Assembly (NCBI GenBank): GCA_040386535.1
Contig: JAZKFH010000047.1
Span: forward strand, 1-64,000
Source: Myxococcota bacterium
GTDB taxonomy: Bacteria > Myxococcota_A > UBA796 > SXON01
Reading direction: 5' to 3'
DNA: 64,000 bases
The position numbers and the translations under genes were made by a program. Positions 8,794 through 18,396 of this stretch are shown one piece after another. The notes under the pieces are model-generated. The model had not been told where the DNA came from. It searched no databases and worked only from the letters and a program-made list of their open reading frames with translations. Position 1 is the stretch's first letter. Each line of letters begins with the position of its first letter.

Positions 8794-9366
8794 ATGCCCC
8801 GCCACGAGCCCGTCTCCCCCGAGGAGGACCTCGCCTCCTACTACGGCACGCAACCGCCCGGCGCGCCCGGCGCGACCGTCGCGAGTACACTTCCGTCCGC
8901 CCCCGCTGCGAGCACGCCCCCGCCGCTCCCGTCGAGCGTGGGCGCCGCGCCGCCCGCCGTGCCGCCCCCCACGCCGCCTCAAGGGCCGCCCCCGATCCCG
9001 CCGAGCCTCGCGGTGTCGCCCTCCTGGCCGGCGGACGGTTTCGAGCCCGACCCGAACGCCGACCCGAACGCGGCGCAGGTCGGCCGGCTCGCGCCCGTGT
9101 CGCGCCCCGCCCCCACGTTCAGCTCGCCCGTCACCGTGCCGGCCGACGCGCCGAACCCCGCGGTCGCCGCGCTGGTGAGCTTGTTCGTGCCGGGCGCCGG
9201 CCAGATCTACGCCGGGCAGACCGCGAAGGGCGTCGTGATGATGCTCGTCGCCTTCGGCACGTGTTTCGGCGGCGGCCTCCTCAACGTGCTCGCCGCGGTC
9301 GACGCGCTGCTCATCGCCCAGCGCCAGGCGCGCGGCGAGACCGTCGGCGACTGGCAGTTCTTCTAG
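8794..9366 (+). CDS. Proline-rich protein with a C-terminal TM2-like membrane domain
   Basis: Pro-rich N-terminus, then NPAVAALVSLFVPGAGQIYAGQTAKG. Confidence 0.75.
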   Translation: MPRHEPVSPEEDLASYYGTQPPGAPGATVASTLPSAPAASTPPPLPSSVGAAPPAVPPPTPPQGPPPIPPSLAVSPSWPADGFEPDPNADPNAAQVGRLAPVSRPAPTFSSPVTVPADAPNPAVAALVSLFVPGAGQIYAGQTAKGVVMMLVAFGTCFGGGLLNVLAAVDALLIAQRQARGETVGDWQFF

Positions 9367-9404
9367 TCCCGCGCCCCGCTCTCCCACGCCTCGGAGCCAC
9401 GCCC

Positions 9405-10091
9405 GTGCAGCACAAGATCCTCTACCGGCCCTCCTTCGCGATGGCCCACGTCGAGCTCGCCGCGGGCGAGTCCATCCGCACCGAGTCCGGCGCCATGGTC
9501 GGCATGTCGGCCCACCTGCGGCTCGAGTCCAAGATGCAGGGCGGCCTTCTCGCGTCGCTCGGCCGGGCCATGCTCGCGGGCGAGTCGATGTTCCAGAGCA
9601 CCTACACGGCCGACGGCGCGCCCGGCGAGATCCTGCTGGCGCCGGGCACCCCGGGTGACATCCTCGGCGTCGAGCTCGTCAACCAGACCTTCCTCGTCCA
9701 GGCGGGCAGCTGGCTCGCCGGGAGCACCTCGCTCACGTTGGAGACCAAGTTCGCGGGCATGCAGATGCTCGGCGGGGAGGGCGCGTTCCTCGTCAAGGTG
9801 AGCGGCAGCGGCACGTTGCTGCTCTCCAGCTACGGCGCCATCCACAAGGTCGTGCTCGCCGCGGGCGAGTCCTACGTGGTCGACACCGGGCACATCGTCG
9901 CGTTCGACGCGGGCGTGAAGTACGAGATGACCAAGGCCGCCAAGGGCATCCTGAACTCGGTGACCTCGGGCGAGGGGCTCGTGTTCCGCTACACCGGCCC
10001 CGGCGAGATCTACCTGCAGACCCGCAACCTGCGCGGTTTTGTCGACGTGATCAGCCCGATGTTGCCGAAGCCGTCGGGCTTCGGAGGGTAG
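9405..10091 (+). CDS. AIM24/TIGR00266 family protein
   Basis: GTG start; ESGAMVGMS, AGESMF, GGEGAFL, VVDTGHIVAF, SGEGLV, YLQTRN. Confidence 0.9.
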   Translation: MQHKILYRPSFAMAHVELAAGESIRTESGAMVGMSAHLRLESKMQGGLLASLGRAMLAGESMFQSTYTADGAPGEILLAPGTPGDILGVELVNQTFLVQAGSWLAGSTSLTLETKFAGMQMLGGEGAFLVKVSGSGTLLLSSYGAIHKVVLAAGESYVVDTGHIVAFDAGVKYEMTKAAKGILNSVTSGEGLVFRYTGPGEIYLQTRNLRGFVDVISPMLPKPSGFGG

Positions 10092-10113
10092 CCCCCGGCC
10101 CAGCCGGGCCCGC

Positions 10114-10494
10114 TCAAGCGGCGGCGCTGGCCGTCAGCTTGCGCACCGCCGCCACGAGCAGCTCGGGCTTGAAGGGCTTCACGATCCAGCCCTTGGCCCC
10201 CGCCTTCTTGGCGCGGTCGACCAAGGTCGGCGCGGCCTCGGTGGTGAGCATGAGGACATGCACGTCGGCCTTCTTGCCGCCGGCCTTCATCGCCTCGAGC
10301 ATCTCGATGCCGTTCATGTACGGCATGTTCACGTCGCACAGGACCATCGCCAGGTCGGTCGACCGCTCGATGTGCGCGAGCCCGTCGACCCCGTCGACCG
10401 CCTCGACGACCTCGAACCCGGCTTGCGTGAGGGCGGTGCTCACCTGGTGGCGCACGGTTGCGGAGTCGTCGACCACCAGGATCTTCTTTGGCAT
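10114..10494 (-). CDS. Single-domain response regulator (CheY-like)
   Basis: ILVVDD, CDVNMP, MLTTE, WIVKPF. Confidence 0.92.
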   Translation of the reverse strand: MPKKILVVDDSATVRHQVSTALTQAGFEVVEAVDGVDGLAHIERSTDLAMVLCDVNMPYMNGIEMLEAMKAGGKKADVHVLMLTTEAAPTLVDRAKKAGAKGWIVKPFKPELLVAAVRKLTASAAA

Positions 10495-10525
10495 CAAAGG
10501 CCTCTACGGGAGCAAAAAGAGGGGG

Positions 10526-11113
10526 TCAGAAGAGGACGAGGTCGCCGGCGTCGAGCCCGCGGTCTTCGTCGTCGAGGGAGAGCTCGGGGCCGAGCACGAT
10601 GTCTTCGTCGAAGTCGACCTCGAGCCACGCACGCACGCTGCCCTCCGCGCCGACAAAATCCCAGGCGCGGGTGCGGGAGCCCTGTACCGCCCCGAGGCGA
10701 ATATGTTGGCCGGTGAACGCGACCGGGGTGGAGAGCCCCATGACCACGCCACGGCGGGAGAGCGCTATCTTCACGCGGCCGAGGGCGAGGTTGGACACCT
10801 CGGCGATCCAGTCGCGGGCGCTCTCCTCGGGGCGCATCGGCCGGGCGCCCCCCGTCGGGCACCGCGCCATGACGAGCGCCGTGCAGGTCGCGATGACCAG
10901 GGTGCCCCGGAGCCCCTCGCCAGAGAAGCCGATGACGCCGACCGCGTAGTGGGAGGCCACGCGGAGCGCCGGGCTCGGCCCGACCGGGGTGAGCACCACG
11001 TCGTAATGCGCGAACGTGGCGATGGTCGCCTCGCACAGGGCGGCGTCGAGCACCGCGTCGTTGTGCGCCTTGTGGCGCGACGGTCCGCGGCGCAGGGTGG
11101 CGGCGGCGCTCAT
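10526..11113 (-). CDS. cheX: CheX-family phosphatase
   Basis: VGVIGFSGEGLRGTL, DWIAEVSNLALG (ExxN motif), GLSTP. Confidence 0.8.
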   Translation of the reverse strand: MSAAATLRRGPSRHKAHNDAVLDAALCEATIATFAHYDVVLTPVGPSPALRVASHYAVGVIGFSGEGLRGTLVIATCTALVMARCPTGGARPMRPEESARDWIAEVSNLALGRVKIALSRRGVVMGLSTPVAFTGQHIRLGAVQGSRTRAWDFVGAEGSVRAWLEVDFDEDIVLGPELSLDDEDRGLDAGDLVLF

Positions 11114-12606
11114 GAGGCCGCCAACGCGGGGACGAGGACCAGGGGTTCCATGACGGTGTCGACCTCCACACGATTGCGTCCGGACTGTTTGGCCGCGTAC
11201 ATGGCGCGGTCCGCACGATCGACGAGCGCCTCGATCGTGTCACCCGGGCGCAGCGCGGCCACCCCGATCGACGCGGTCACGGAGACGGGGAGCCCGTCGG
11301 CGCCCCGCACGTCCATCGCGGCGATGGCGGCGCGGATGTGCTCCGCGCGGGCGGCCCCGGGCATCAGGAGCGACCCGGTGAGCGCCACGACGAACTCTTC
11401 GCCGCCCCATCGGCCCACGAGATCGTTGGAGCGCACCTGCCGGGGGAGCAGGCGACCGAGCGCGGCCAGCACGGCGTCCCCGGTGGCGTGGCCGCGCAGG
11501 TCGTTCACCTGCTTGAAGTGGTCCACGTCGAGCAACAACAGGCACATCGGATCGCCGCTGCGATCCATGCGGGCGAACTCGCGTTGCACGGCGCCGAGGA
11601 AGGCGCGCCGGTTGAGCAGCCCGGTCAACGAGTCGACCATCGCGAGGCGCTCCGACTCCTCCATCAGCGTGGCGATGCGGATGGGGCCGCCGAGCTCCCG
11701 CGCGAGGACCCGCGCCAGGTCGAGATCCTGGCGCTCCGGGGGGTGGCGCACGGCGAGCGCGACACGTCCCATCGTCTCGGCGCCGAGGCAGATGTTCTGG
11801 ACGAACGCGGAGGGGCCCTCGGCGTCGTCCCAGGCGTCCTCGTCCTCCACGGGCACGATCGGCACGAGCTCGGCGACCCCCAGCGCGAGGCGCGCTTCGC
11901 GCTCGGCCTGGGCGCGCACCGCCGGGTGGCAATGCAGGCCGAGGCGCTCCGGACGCGCGGTGTACACGGCGAGCCACCGGTAGCTGGAGACCTGCGCCGC
12001 GAATTGGGAGAGCAGGTCGAACAGGCGCGGAAACGTGCCACAAACGGAGAGGGCGCGGACCTCGGAGGCGATGACGGACTCGAACAGGGCGGTGTCGAGG
12101 TGGGCGGCGATGCGGTCGCGCAGATCGAGCTCGCCGCCGGAGAGCTGGGTGAAGAACGCGTCCTCGGTGGGGGGGCTCTGGGCGACGGCGCGGGCAAGCG
12201 CGCGCACGAGATCGCCCATGCGGCCGCTCGCGACGTAGGCGAACGCCCCCGCGCGCTCGGCCCAGAACCGATCCCGGGGCCGCTGCTCGGGCCCCCGGAG
12301 CAGGATGGGGACGGCCTCGGTGGCGGGCTCGGAGCGGAGCAGCCGGCAGAGCTGGATCCCGGAGATCCCCGGCATCCACAGGTCCGCGATGACGACGGCG
12401 GGCGGCTCGGAGAGCGCGAGGTGGGCGCCGGTGGCGGCGTCGGCCGCGCCTGTCACGGTGAAGCCCTGCATGCGGATCCGCTCGCACAACACCTCGCGGA
12501 AGGGGGAGGGGTCGACGAGGATGACATGGGGAGCGGCCAACACCAGTCCGGGCGTACGGGGTGAATCGGCGGGCGGCGCCGAACCTTCACCCAATTCGGC
12601 GTCCAT
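11110..12606 (-). CDS. Receiver-domain diguanylate cyclase (REC-...-GGDEF)
   Basis: ADLWMPGISG; DSLTGLLNRR, DVDHFKQVND, RSND I-site, GRWGGEEF. Confidence 0.9.
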   Translation of the reverse strand: MDAELGEGSAPPADSPRTPGLVLAAPHVILVDPSPFREVLCERIRMQGFTVTGAADAATGAHLALSEPPAVVIADLWMPGISGIQLCRLLRSEPATEAVPILLRGPEQRPRDRFWAERAGAFAYVASGRMGDLVRALARAVAQSPPTEDAFFTQLSGGELDLRDRIAAHLDTALFESVIASEVRALSVCGTFPRLFDLLSQFAAQVSSYRWLAVYTARPERLGLHCHPAVRAQAEREARLALGVAELVPIVPVEDEDAWDDAEGPSAFVQNICLGAETMGRVALAVRHPPERQDLDLARVLARELGGPIRIATLMEESERLAMVDSLTGLLNRRAFLGAVQREFARMDRSGDPMCLLLLDVDHFKQVNDLRGHATGDAVLAALGRLLPRQVRSNDLVGRWGGEEFVVALTGSLLMPGAARAEHIRAAIAAMDVRGADGLPVSVTASIGVAALRPGDTIEALVDRADRAMYAAKQSGRNRVEVDTVMEPLVLVPALAAS

Positions 12607-14567
12607 CACGCCACGCCGACATGGAGGGGCGCGGGAAACGTGATGCGCACCTGGGTGCCGACATCCCGCTCGGAGCGCACCTCGACCGCGCCCCCGAGGC
12701 CACGCGCGGCCTCCCGGAACGCGCCCATCCCCACGCCGCGGCCGCTCACGGTCGTGGGCTCGGCGCGGGTGGAGAGGCCGTCTGCGAACAGGGCCTCCGC
12801 CGTCTCGGCGGGGGTGTGGTGGGGCAGGTGGAGCGCCTCCGCGCGCTGCTGGACCTTGGCCCAGTCCACCCCCTGCCCGTTGTCCGCGATCTGCATCACG
12901 ATCCCGGTGTCGGAGCGCTCCGCGGTGAGCCGGAGCAGCCCGGACGACGACTTGCCGAGGGCGACACGGCGCTCGGGCGACTCGAGCCCGTGATCCACGG
13001 CGTTGCGGACCACGTGCACGAACGCCGCCCAGAACCCGCCCCACTGGCGCGGATCGAGCAAGAGCCCGCCGTCGGAGACCTGCACCTCCGGTGCGGGCTT
13101 CTTCAGGAACCGTGCGAGCGCGAGCGCGTGGGCACCGGCGCGGCGCAGCGGCACGGCCACCGGCTCGAGCGGGAGCGACGTGACCATGCGGTCGAGCTCC
13201 TCGTAGGGGAGGCGGGCGCGGGTGGCCGCGAGGAGCGCGGCGTGGCGAGACCGGTCGAGCACGAAGCTGTCCGCGTGGTCGCCGATGACCGACACGATGC
13301 GGGCCGCGTAGGCGTCCCACAGCGCGCGCAGCTCGGCCAGCGCCGCGTCCGAGGGCGGCTCTCCTTCGTCCGCGAGGCGCCCCTCAAGCGCCTGGGCCAG
13401 CGCCATGATGCGCAGGGCGCCGAACATCGCGCAGTTGCCCTTGATGGTGTGGAGCAGGCGCATCGCCGTCACCTGGGCCGGCTTCGCCTCGAGCTCGCCC
13501 AGCAGGCGGCCCACCTCGGCGAGGAACTGGTCGAACCCGCTCCGGTCGGTGAACGCGTGGTCCAGGGCCGCGGCGAACTCGCGCTGGTCGGCCTCGGCGC
13601 GCTCCGTCTCGGTGAGCTCGGTGATGTCGGTGACCACGACGATGAGCCGCTCCACCCGCTCCTCGCGCAGCACCGGCCGGTACTCGACGCGGTAGAGCCG
13701 CCCGTTGCGCGACAAGCCGCGCGGCAGCTGGTCCAGGCACAGCTCCAGCGGGAGCACGTCCTCCACGAGCGCCGACCAGCCGAGCTCCGCCGAGGTGGCA
13801 AAGGCGCGGTCGTCGACGCCCAGGTACGCCCACACCGCGGCCCCCGGCGCGGGCCGGCCGAACCACCGGTCCATCGCGGTCGAGCGTTGCCCGACCAGGC
13901 GCCCCTCGGGGTCGGCGCAGAAGAAGCCCTGCCCCACGTTGTCGAGCACGTGGTGGAGCTCGGCGTTCCGCTCCTCGAGCGCTGCCTGCATCCTCTCGTT
14001 CGCGACGACGAACAGCGAACACAGGCCGAACACTCCGATCGCGAGCACGGCGATGGTCACGCCCTGCCCAGCCGCGTCGAACGGACGCTCCAGGTGCGCG
14101 AAGGAGACGCCCGAGCGCTCGGAGACGGCAAAGAACGCCACGATCAGCACATGCAGAATCAGGATGGGGAACGCGCCCTGGCGCCCGGATTGGAGCAGCA
14201 CCGCCACGAGGATGGGCGCCGACCAGAACAACACGGTGCCATGAACGCCCCCGAGCACCGAGGCGAACCCCACCATGGCGAGGGACCAGAGGATCCCACT
14301 CACCGTGCCCGCGAGAACGGGCGAGCGGCTGACCCACAAGATGCCGATGGGCAGCAGATCGATCAGCGCGGCGCAGCCGCACGCCATCGCCACCGTAGGT
14401 TGGCCCAGCGCGAGGCACACCGGCAGGAAGACGGCGGACATCAAGGAGAGGACGAGCGAGAAGCACACCACCAGCCGCGCCTGCCGCAGGCGCACCGGGC
14501 CCGCGGCGCGCACGGCCGGTGGCAGGAGGTGGTCGATCCCGGCGGGCAGGGACAGGAGGTTCGGCAT
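12606..14567 (-). CDS. Membrane-anchored CheA-like histidine kinase (TM-PAS-like-Hpt-HATPase, no CheW domain)
   Basis: About 5-6 TM segments; VLDNVGQGFF; RLLHTIKGN; HVVRNAVDHG, DNGQG, LFADGLST, SGRGVGM. Confidence 0.88.
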   Translation of the reverse strand: MPNLLSLPAGIDHLLPPAVRAAGPVRLRQARLVVCFSLVLSLMSAVFLPVCLALGQPTVAMACGCAALIDLLPIGILWVSRSPVLAGTVSGILWSLAMVGFASVLGGVHGTVLFWSAPILVAVLLQSGRQGAFPILILHVLIVAFFAVSERSGVSFAHLERPFDAAGQGVTIAVLAIGVFGLCSLFVVANERMQAALEERNAELHHVLDNVGQGFFCADPEGRLVGQRSTAMDRWFGRPAPGAAVWAYLGVDDRAFATSAELGWSALVEDVLPLELCLDQLPRGLSRNGRLYRVEYRPVLREERVERLIVVVTDITELTETERAEADQREFAAALDHAFTDRSGFDQFLAEVGRLLGELEAKPAQVTAMRLLHTIKGNCAMFGALRIMALAQALEGRLADEGEPPSDAALAELRALWDAYAARIVSVIGDHADSFVLDRSRHAALLAATRARLPYEELDRMVTSLPLEPVAVPLRRAGAHALALARFLKKPAPEVQVSDGGLLLDPRQWGGFWAAFVHVVRNAVDHGLESPERRVALGKSSSGLLRLTAERSDTGIVMQIADNGQGVDWAKVQQRAEALHLPHHTPAETAEALFADGLSTRAEPTTVSGRGVGMGAFREAARGLGGAVEVRSERDVGTQVRITFPAPLHVGVA

Positions 14568-14644
14568 GGGGAGGTGTCGGCGGGACTTCCAGGATCTTCA
14601 GATCTGGATCCACCGACCTCGCCCGCGCACTCCGGCGCTCGCGC

Positions 14645-16168
14645 CTACTCCTCTTCGGGCTCGTCCATGTCGTCGAAGCGGCTCGACTCCTTCACCTTGG
14701 CCCCGAACAGGCGGATCTGGAGGCCCACGGCCACCCCGGCGCTGAAGATCCCGGCGCTCGCCAACGAGGGAGAGGTCACGACGTCCTGCACCCCGCTCTC
14801 GTAGGTGGTGAGCACGTCGCCCGCGAGGCGGATCTGGACCGGCACGTGCAGGAAGAAGTCGACCGACCGCGAGATCCGCGCCTCGCCGCCGATGAACGCC
14901 TCGCCCGCGATCATCGTGGCCGGCTCGAACACGACGCCGCCGGGCACGCCCTCGGGGTCCATCTCGGTGCGGCCGCGCATCAGCAGCACCGAGCCGCCGA
15001 AGGTCGGCCGGAACGGGAGCACCGGAAACAGCGTCGCCGTCACGCGCGGGCCCACGATCAGCGTGGTCTGGCCGGTGCTGTAGGGCTGCGACGAGGGCGC
15101 GGGCTGCCCCACGGTCTCCTGCCCGATGTCCACGGTCCACGTGCCGGTGGTGATGCCGAAGGTGGCGCCGAGATCGACCACCGGCGAGACGCCGAACCCG
15201 ACGCTCGCGCCGAAGTTGGCGCCGCTGCCGTTCTGCACGGCCTGCGCCGCGTACACGTCCACCACGGTCAACGCGCCCGTCGTCACGTCGTAAGCGCGCC
15301 GCTGGTAGTAGAGGCCGGAGTAGGGCCCGTTCGAGAAGCCCACGGTCGGCCGCAACAGGAGCTGGCCCTTGCGGCCGATGGCGCGCTCCCGCCACTGGAA
15401 CAGCTCCAGCCCGGAGTTCTTGTAGCGGAGGTACTCCGCCGGCTTCATGTCCAGCCGCTCCCAGGGCTTCGTGCCCTCGCCCTCCATCTTCGCGGCCAGA
15501 TCGTCCAGCGAGTAGGTCGGGCGCTCGATCGCGCGGTCACTGCGGGTGATCACCGACGAGACGCTCCCCATCTCGCGCTGGAGCTGGTCGAGCTGCGCCC
15601 GCACGGCCGTGTCGTCCATCGGCTCGGGCTGGTCCTCGCCGTCGAAGCGGATGTCGCGCTCCTTGCCGATCTCGCCGTCGATCGCGGCCACGAGCACCTT
15701 CGCCACGCCTTCGGCAAAGGCCTCGTCGGCGCCCGACTCCAGCTCGGACTCGAACTTGATGAGCGAGCGCGCGTTGCGGATGTCGAGGATCTCGATCTGG
15801 ATCTTCGTCCCGCCGACCAGCGCCTGCACCGTGCCGGTCACCGCGAACGCCGCCTTGCCGCGCTCGCCTATGATCTGGGTGCACCCCACCACCTCGCCGG
15901 GCGGGCACCCTTCCATGTAGGTGCGCGCGGCGTAGTCCTGGAACGCCGGCGTGTCTTCCACCCGGAGCACGTCGAAGCCCGGATGGTCGCGCAGCTCCTG
16001 GGCGAGGAAGTTCTCGACCAGCGAGGCGAGGCCGGTCGCCTCGGGGTTGCGCGGCTGGAGGCTCGAGACGAGGATGGTCGTCTCGGCGTCGGCCGCAAAA
16101 GCCGTGGAGAAGGCGCCCGAGAGCGCGAGGGAGAGGGCGAGGGAGGGCAGCACGTGCCAAGGGTACAT
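14645..16168 (-). CDS. Secreted/outer-membrane protein (TolB_N/CsgG-like N-terminus, beta-rich C-terminus)
   Basis: Signal peptide ending AFA; CxxxxxxxC followed by FAVTGTVQALVG; alternating beta-strand pattern at the C-terminus. Confidence 0.7.
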   Translation of the reverse strand: MYPWHVLPSLALSLALSGAFSTAFAADAETTILVSSLQPRNPEATGLASLVENFLAQELRDHPGFDVLRVEDTPAFQDYAARTYMEGCPPGEVVGCTQIIGERGKAAFAVTGTVQALVGGTKIQIEILDIRNARSLIKFESELESGADEAFAEGVAKVLVAAIDGEIGKERDIRFDGEDQPEPMDDTAVRAQLDQLQREMGSVSSVITRSDRAIERPTYSLDDLAAKMEGEGTKPWERLDMKPAEYLRYKNSGLELFQWRERAIGRKGQLLLRPTVGFSNGPYSGLYYQRRAYDVTTGALTVVDVYAAQAVQNGSGANFGASVGFGVSPVVDLGATFGITTGTWTVDIGQETVGQPAPSSQPYSTGQTTLIVGPRVTATLFPVLPFRPTFGGSVLLMRGRTEMDPEGVPGGVVFEPATMIAGEAFIGGEARISRSVDFFLHVPVQIRLAGDVLTTYESGVQDVVTSPSLASAGIFSAGVAVGLQIRLFGAKVKESSRFDDMDEPEEE

Positions 16169-16192
16169 CGCGCGCACCCGCCGCGCGCGCCG

Positions 16193-17014
16193 TCAGCCCG
16201 CCAACCGCGCCAACACCGCCATCCGCGCCCGCAGCTCCTCGCACAACGGCGCGAACATCCAGCGCGCACGCAGCTCCAGGCCCTCCTCCATCTCGAAGCG
16301 TCGCAGCGGCTCCGGCAGCGCCTCGAGCAGCTCGCGGAGCGGGCGCATGGCATGGAGCTGGTAGGGGAGCCCCGCGGCTTCCAGGCGGGCCGCCGCGCCC
16401 AGCGGATCCGCTCCCGCGGCCAGCGCTTCACGTGCCGCCGCCGCCAGCACCGGTCCGGCGTCCCGACGCGCTTCGAGGTCGGCCAGGGCGCCCGCGAGCC
16501 GCCGGTGTTCGGCGCGCAGGATGGCGCGGGGATCGAGCCGGGCGCGCACCCGCCGCTCCTCCGCGGAGGTGCCGCGCCCGGAAGCGCCCGCGGGGTTGGC
16601 GCGCACGCGCGCGGCGATCGTGTCGACGTACGAGGCCGCCACCGTCGCAGTCAGCACGATCTCCTCGAAGCGGCGTGGCGCGAGCGGATCGGTCAGGGCC
16701 TCCACGAGGCGCACGACCCCCGCCGACGCGAGCGACCACCGCGGCGCGCGGCCGGCGGCCAGGGCGTGCGCGAGCCCGTCACCGGCGAGGCGCTGGAGCG
16801 TACGCCGCACCTGGGTCGCGTCGAGGTCGGCGCCGGGGCGCAGGTGGTCGTCGCCCATCCAGTTTGTGAACAGCAGGAAGAAGAACCGCACGTCCTGCGG
16901 CCGGAACCCCGTCGGGCTCGCGGCGTCCGCGGCGAGCAGCGCGGCGAGCACCGGCACCTCCCACGCGGACAGGGCGCTGGTCCGCCGGCTGATGACTGTG
17001 TCAGTGTCGTGCAC
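16193..17014 (-). CDS. Hypothetical protein with a probable N-terminal winged helix
   Basis: 'ATQVRRTLQRLAGDGLA...RWSLASAG' resembles the PadR/MarR recognition helix and wing. Confidence 0.65.
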   Translation of the reverse strand: MHDTDTVISRRTSALSAWEVPVLAALLAADAASPTGFRPQDVRFFFLLFTNWMGDDHLRPGADLDATQVRRTLQRLAGDGLAHALAAGRAPRWSLASAGVVRLVEALTDPLAPRRFEEIVLTATVAASYVDTIAARVRANPAGASGRGTSAEERRVRARLDPRAILRAEHRRLAGALADLEARRDAGPVLAAAAREALAAGADPLGAAARLEAAGLPYQLHAMRPLRELLEALPEPLRRFEMEEGLELRARWMFAPLCEELRARMAVLARLAG

Positions 17015-17056
17015 GTCGCGAGGATGCCCGATTCACGGGGCGAAGGCAACCACCGG

Positions 17057-17069
17057 CTGACACTGTCAG
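17057..17069. promoter_or_regulatory. Palindrome CTGACA-C-TGTCAG, candidate operator between divergent genes
   Basis: Perfect inverted repeat; a second TGAC-N3-GTCA lies at 16993-17003. Confidence 0.45.
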
Positions 17070-17132
17070 GATGGGTCGCCTCGCCGCCATCCGGAGGCGG
17101 ACGTACAGGATGGTCACCAAACGGAGAGCCCG

Positions 17133-17414
17133 ATGTCCCGCATCAACACGCCCCAACCCCACAGCAGCGCCTGGGTGGCCCAGGTCTGGATCAGCTGGCT
17201 CCTCGCCCTCTTCGCCATGATGGGCGGCATCCTGTTCGTCCCCGCCGATCTCTGGACGAGGGGCTACCTCGCCATGGGCCTCCTCTTCACCATCGGCTCG
17301 ACGATGAACCTCGCCAAGACCGTGCGCGACAACCACGAGGCCGGGAAGGTGAGCGCCGTCATCAACGACGCCCGCCTGGAGAAGATCCTCTCGGAGCACG
17401 ATCCGCTCCGGTAG
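17133..17414 (+). CDS. YiaA/YiaB two-helix membrane protein
   Basis: SAWVAQVWISW...RGYLAMG...NLAKTVRDNHEA. Confidence 0.88.
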   Translation: MSRINTPQPHSSAWVAQVWISWLLALFAMMGGILFVPADLWTRGYLAMGLLFTIGSTMNLAKTVRDNHEAGKVSAVINDARLEKILSEHDPLR

Positions 17415-17417
17415 GGC

Positions 17418-18089
17418 TCAGTCGAGGCCGAGCGCCTTGCCGCCCGCGCTCACCGCCACGGAGAGCGCCAGGGTGGCGCCGTCGCGACCGGCCACGTCCA
17501 CGTCCAGCTCCAACGCGGCGGGAAAACCCGCCACGCCGCCGCGCACCGCGTAGCCGACCAGCCCGCCCAGGTCGCCGTCGGGGGAAGCGAGCTCCACCGC
17601 CACCTCGAACGCCGTCCCGTCGCGCAGCCGCACGTCGAGGGTGAGGTACGGGTCCGGGGGCAGGAAGCGGTCCACGGCGCCGTCGCCGTACAGGACGATG
17701 GCGCGCTCGTGGTCGCGGTACACGATCGACGCGATCCCCACGGCCTCCTCGGCGAGCGCCACGCTGGCCGTGAAGGTCCCGTCGTGCGCGCTCCGCAGGG
17801 TGGCCGTTGCGACGCGCCCGTCGCTCTCCAGGTCGGGCTGCGGCGGCTCCGAGTCGGCGTGGTCGGGCTGCGGCGGCTCGGAGTCCGCGTGGTCGGGCTG
17901 CGGCGGCTCGGAGTCGCCCAGATCGGGCTGCGGCGGCTCGGAGAGGCCGAGGCGGATGGTCGGCCGCACTGTCCCGATCGACGTGTGCAGGCGGGTGGTG
18001 AACACCGCACCGTCGTCATCGGCGGCGTGCGCGGCGGGCAGGACGGTCGCGAGGAGGGCGGACGCGAGCGTGGCGATCAGACCGGACAT
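17418..18089 (-). CDS. Secreted protein with four SEPPQPD repeats
   Basis: Signal peptide ending AHA; SEPPQPD(LGD/HAD/HAD/LES). Confidence 0.75.
   Translation of the reverse strand: MSGLIATLASALLATVLPAAHAADDDGAVFTTRLHTSIGTVRPTIRLGLSEPPQPDLGDSEPPQPDHADSEPPQPDHADSEPPQPDLESDGRVATATLRSAHDGTFTASVALAEEAVGIASIVYRDHERAIVLYGDGAVDRFLPPDPYLTLDVRLRDGTAFEVAVELASPDGDLGGLVGYAVRGGVAGFPAALELDVDVAGRDGATLALSVAVSAGGKALGLD
17831..17943. repeat. Four 30-bp coding tandem repeats
   Basis: TCGGGCTGCGGCGGCTC(C/G)GA recurs every 30 bp. Confidence 0.9.
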
Positions 18090-18396
18090 TCGAGCTCCTG
18101 GGCGGCGGAAGCGCCGCTGCCGGGGAGAAGAGCAAGCGGCGTGCCGTGCGTTCGCGGAGCGGCCGCGGAGGCATGGGGCTGAAATCATTCCTGTTTCTCA
18201 CGGAGCGCCACCTCCGGGCCCTGCGCGCGCGCACCGGGTTCCATGCGCGCGCACCCGGGGAACCAAGCTGGTTTGGGCGACCGCGCGCGCGGCGGTGCCC
18301 GTCGCCCCGAGCGGCGCCGACCGCCGCGGGTGGAGGGTGGCGGGCTCGGTGGAGTTCCCGCGCCATGCCCATCGGGCGCGCGTCGCAACCCCCGAA

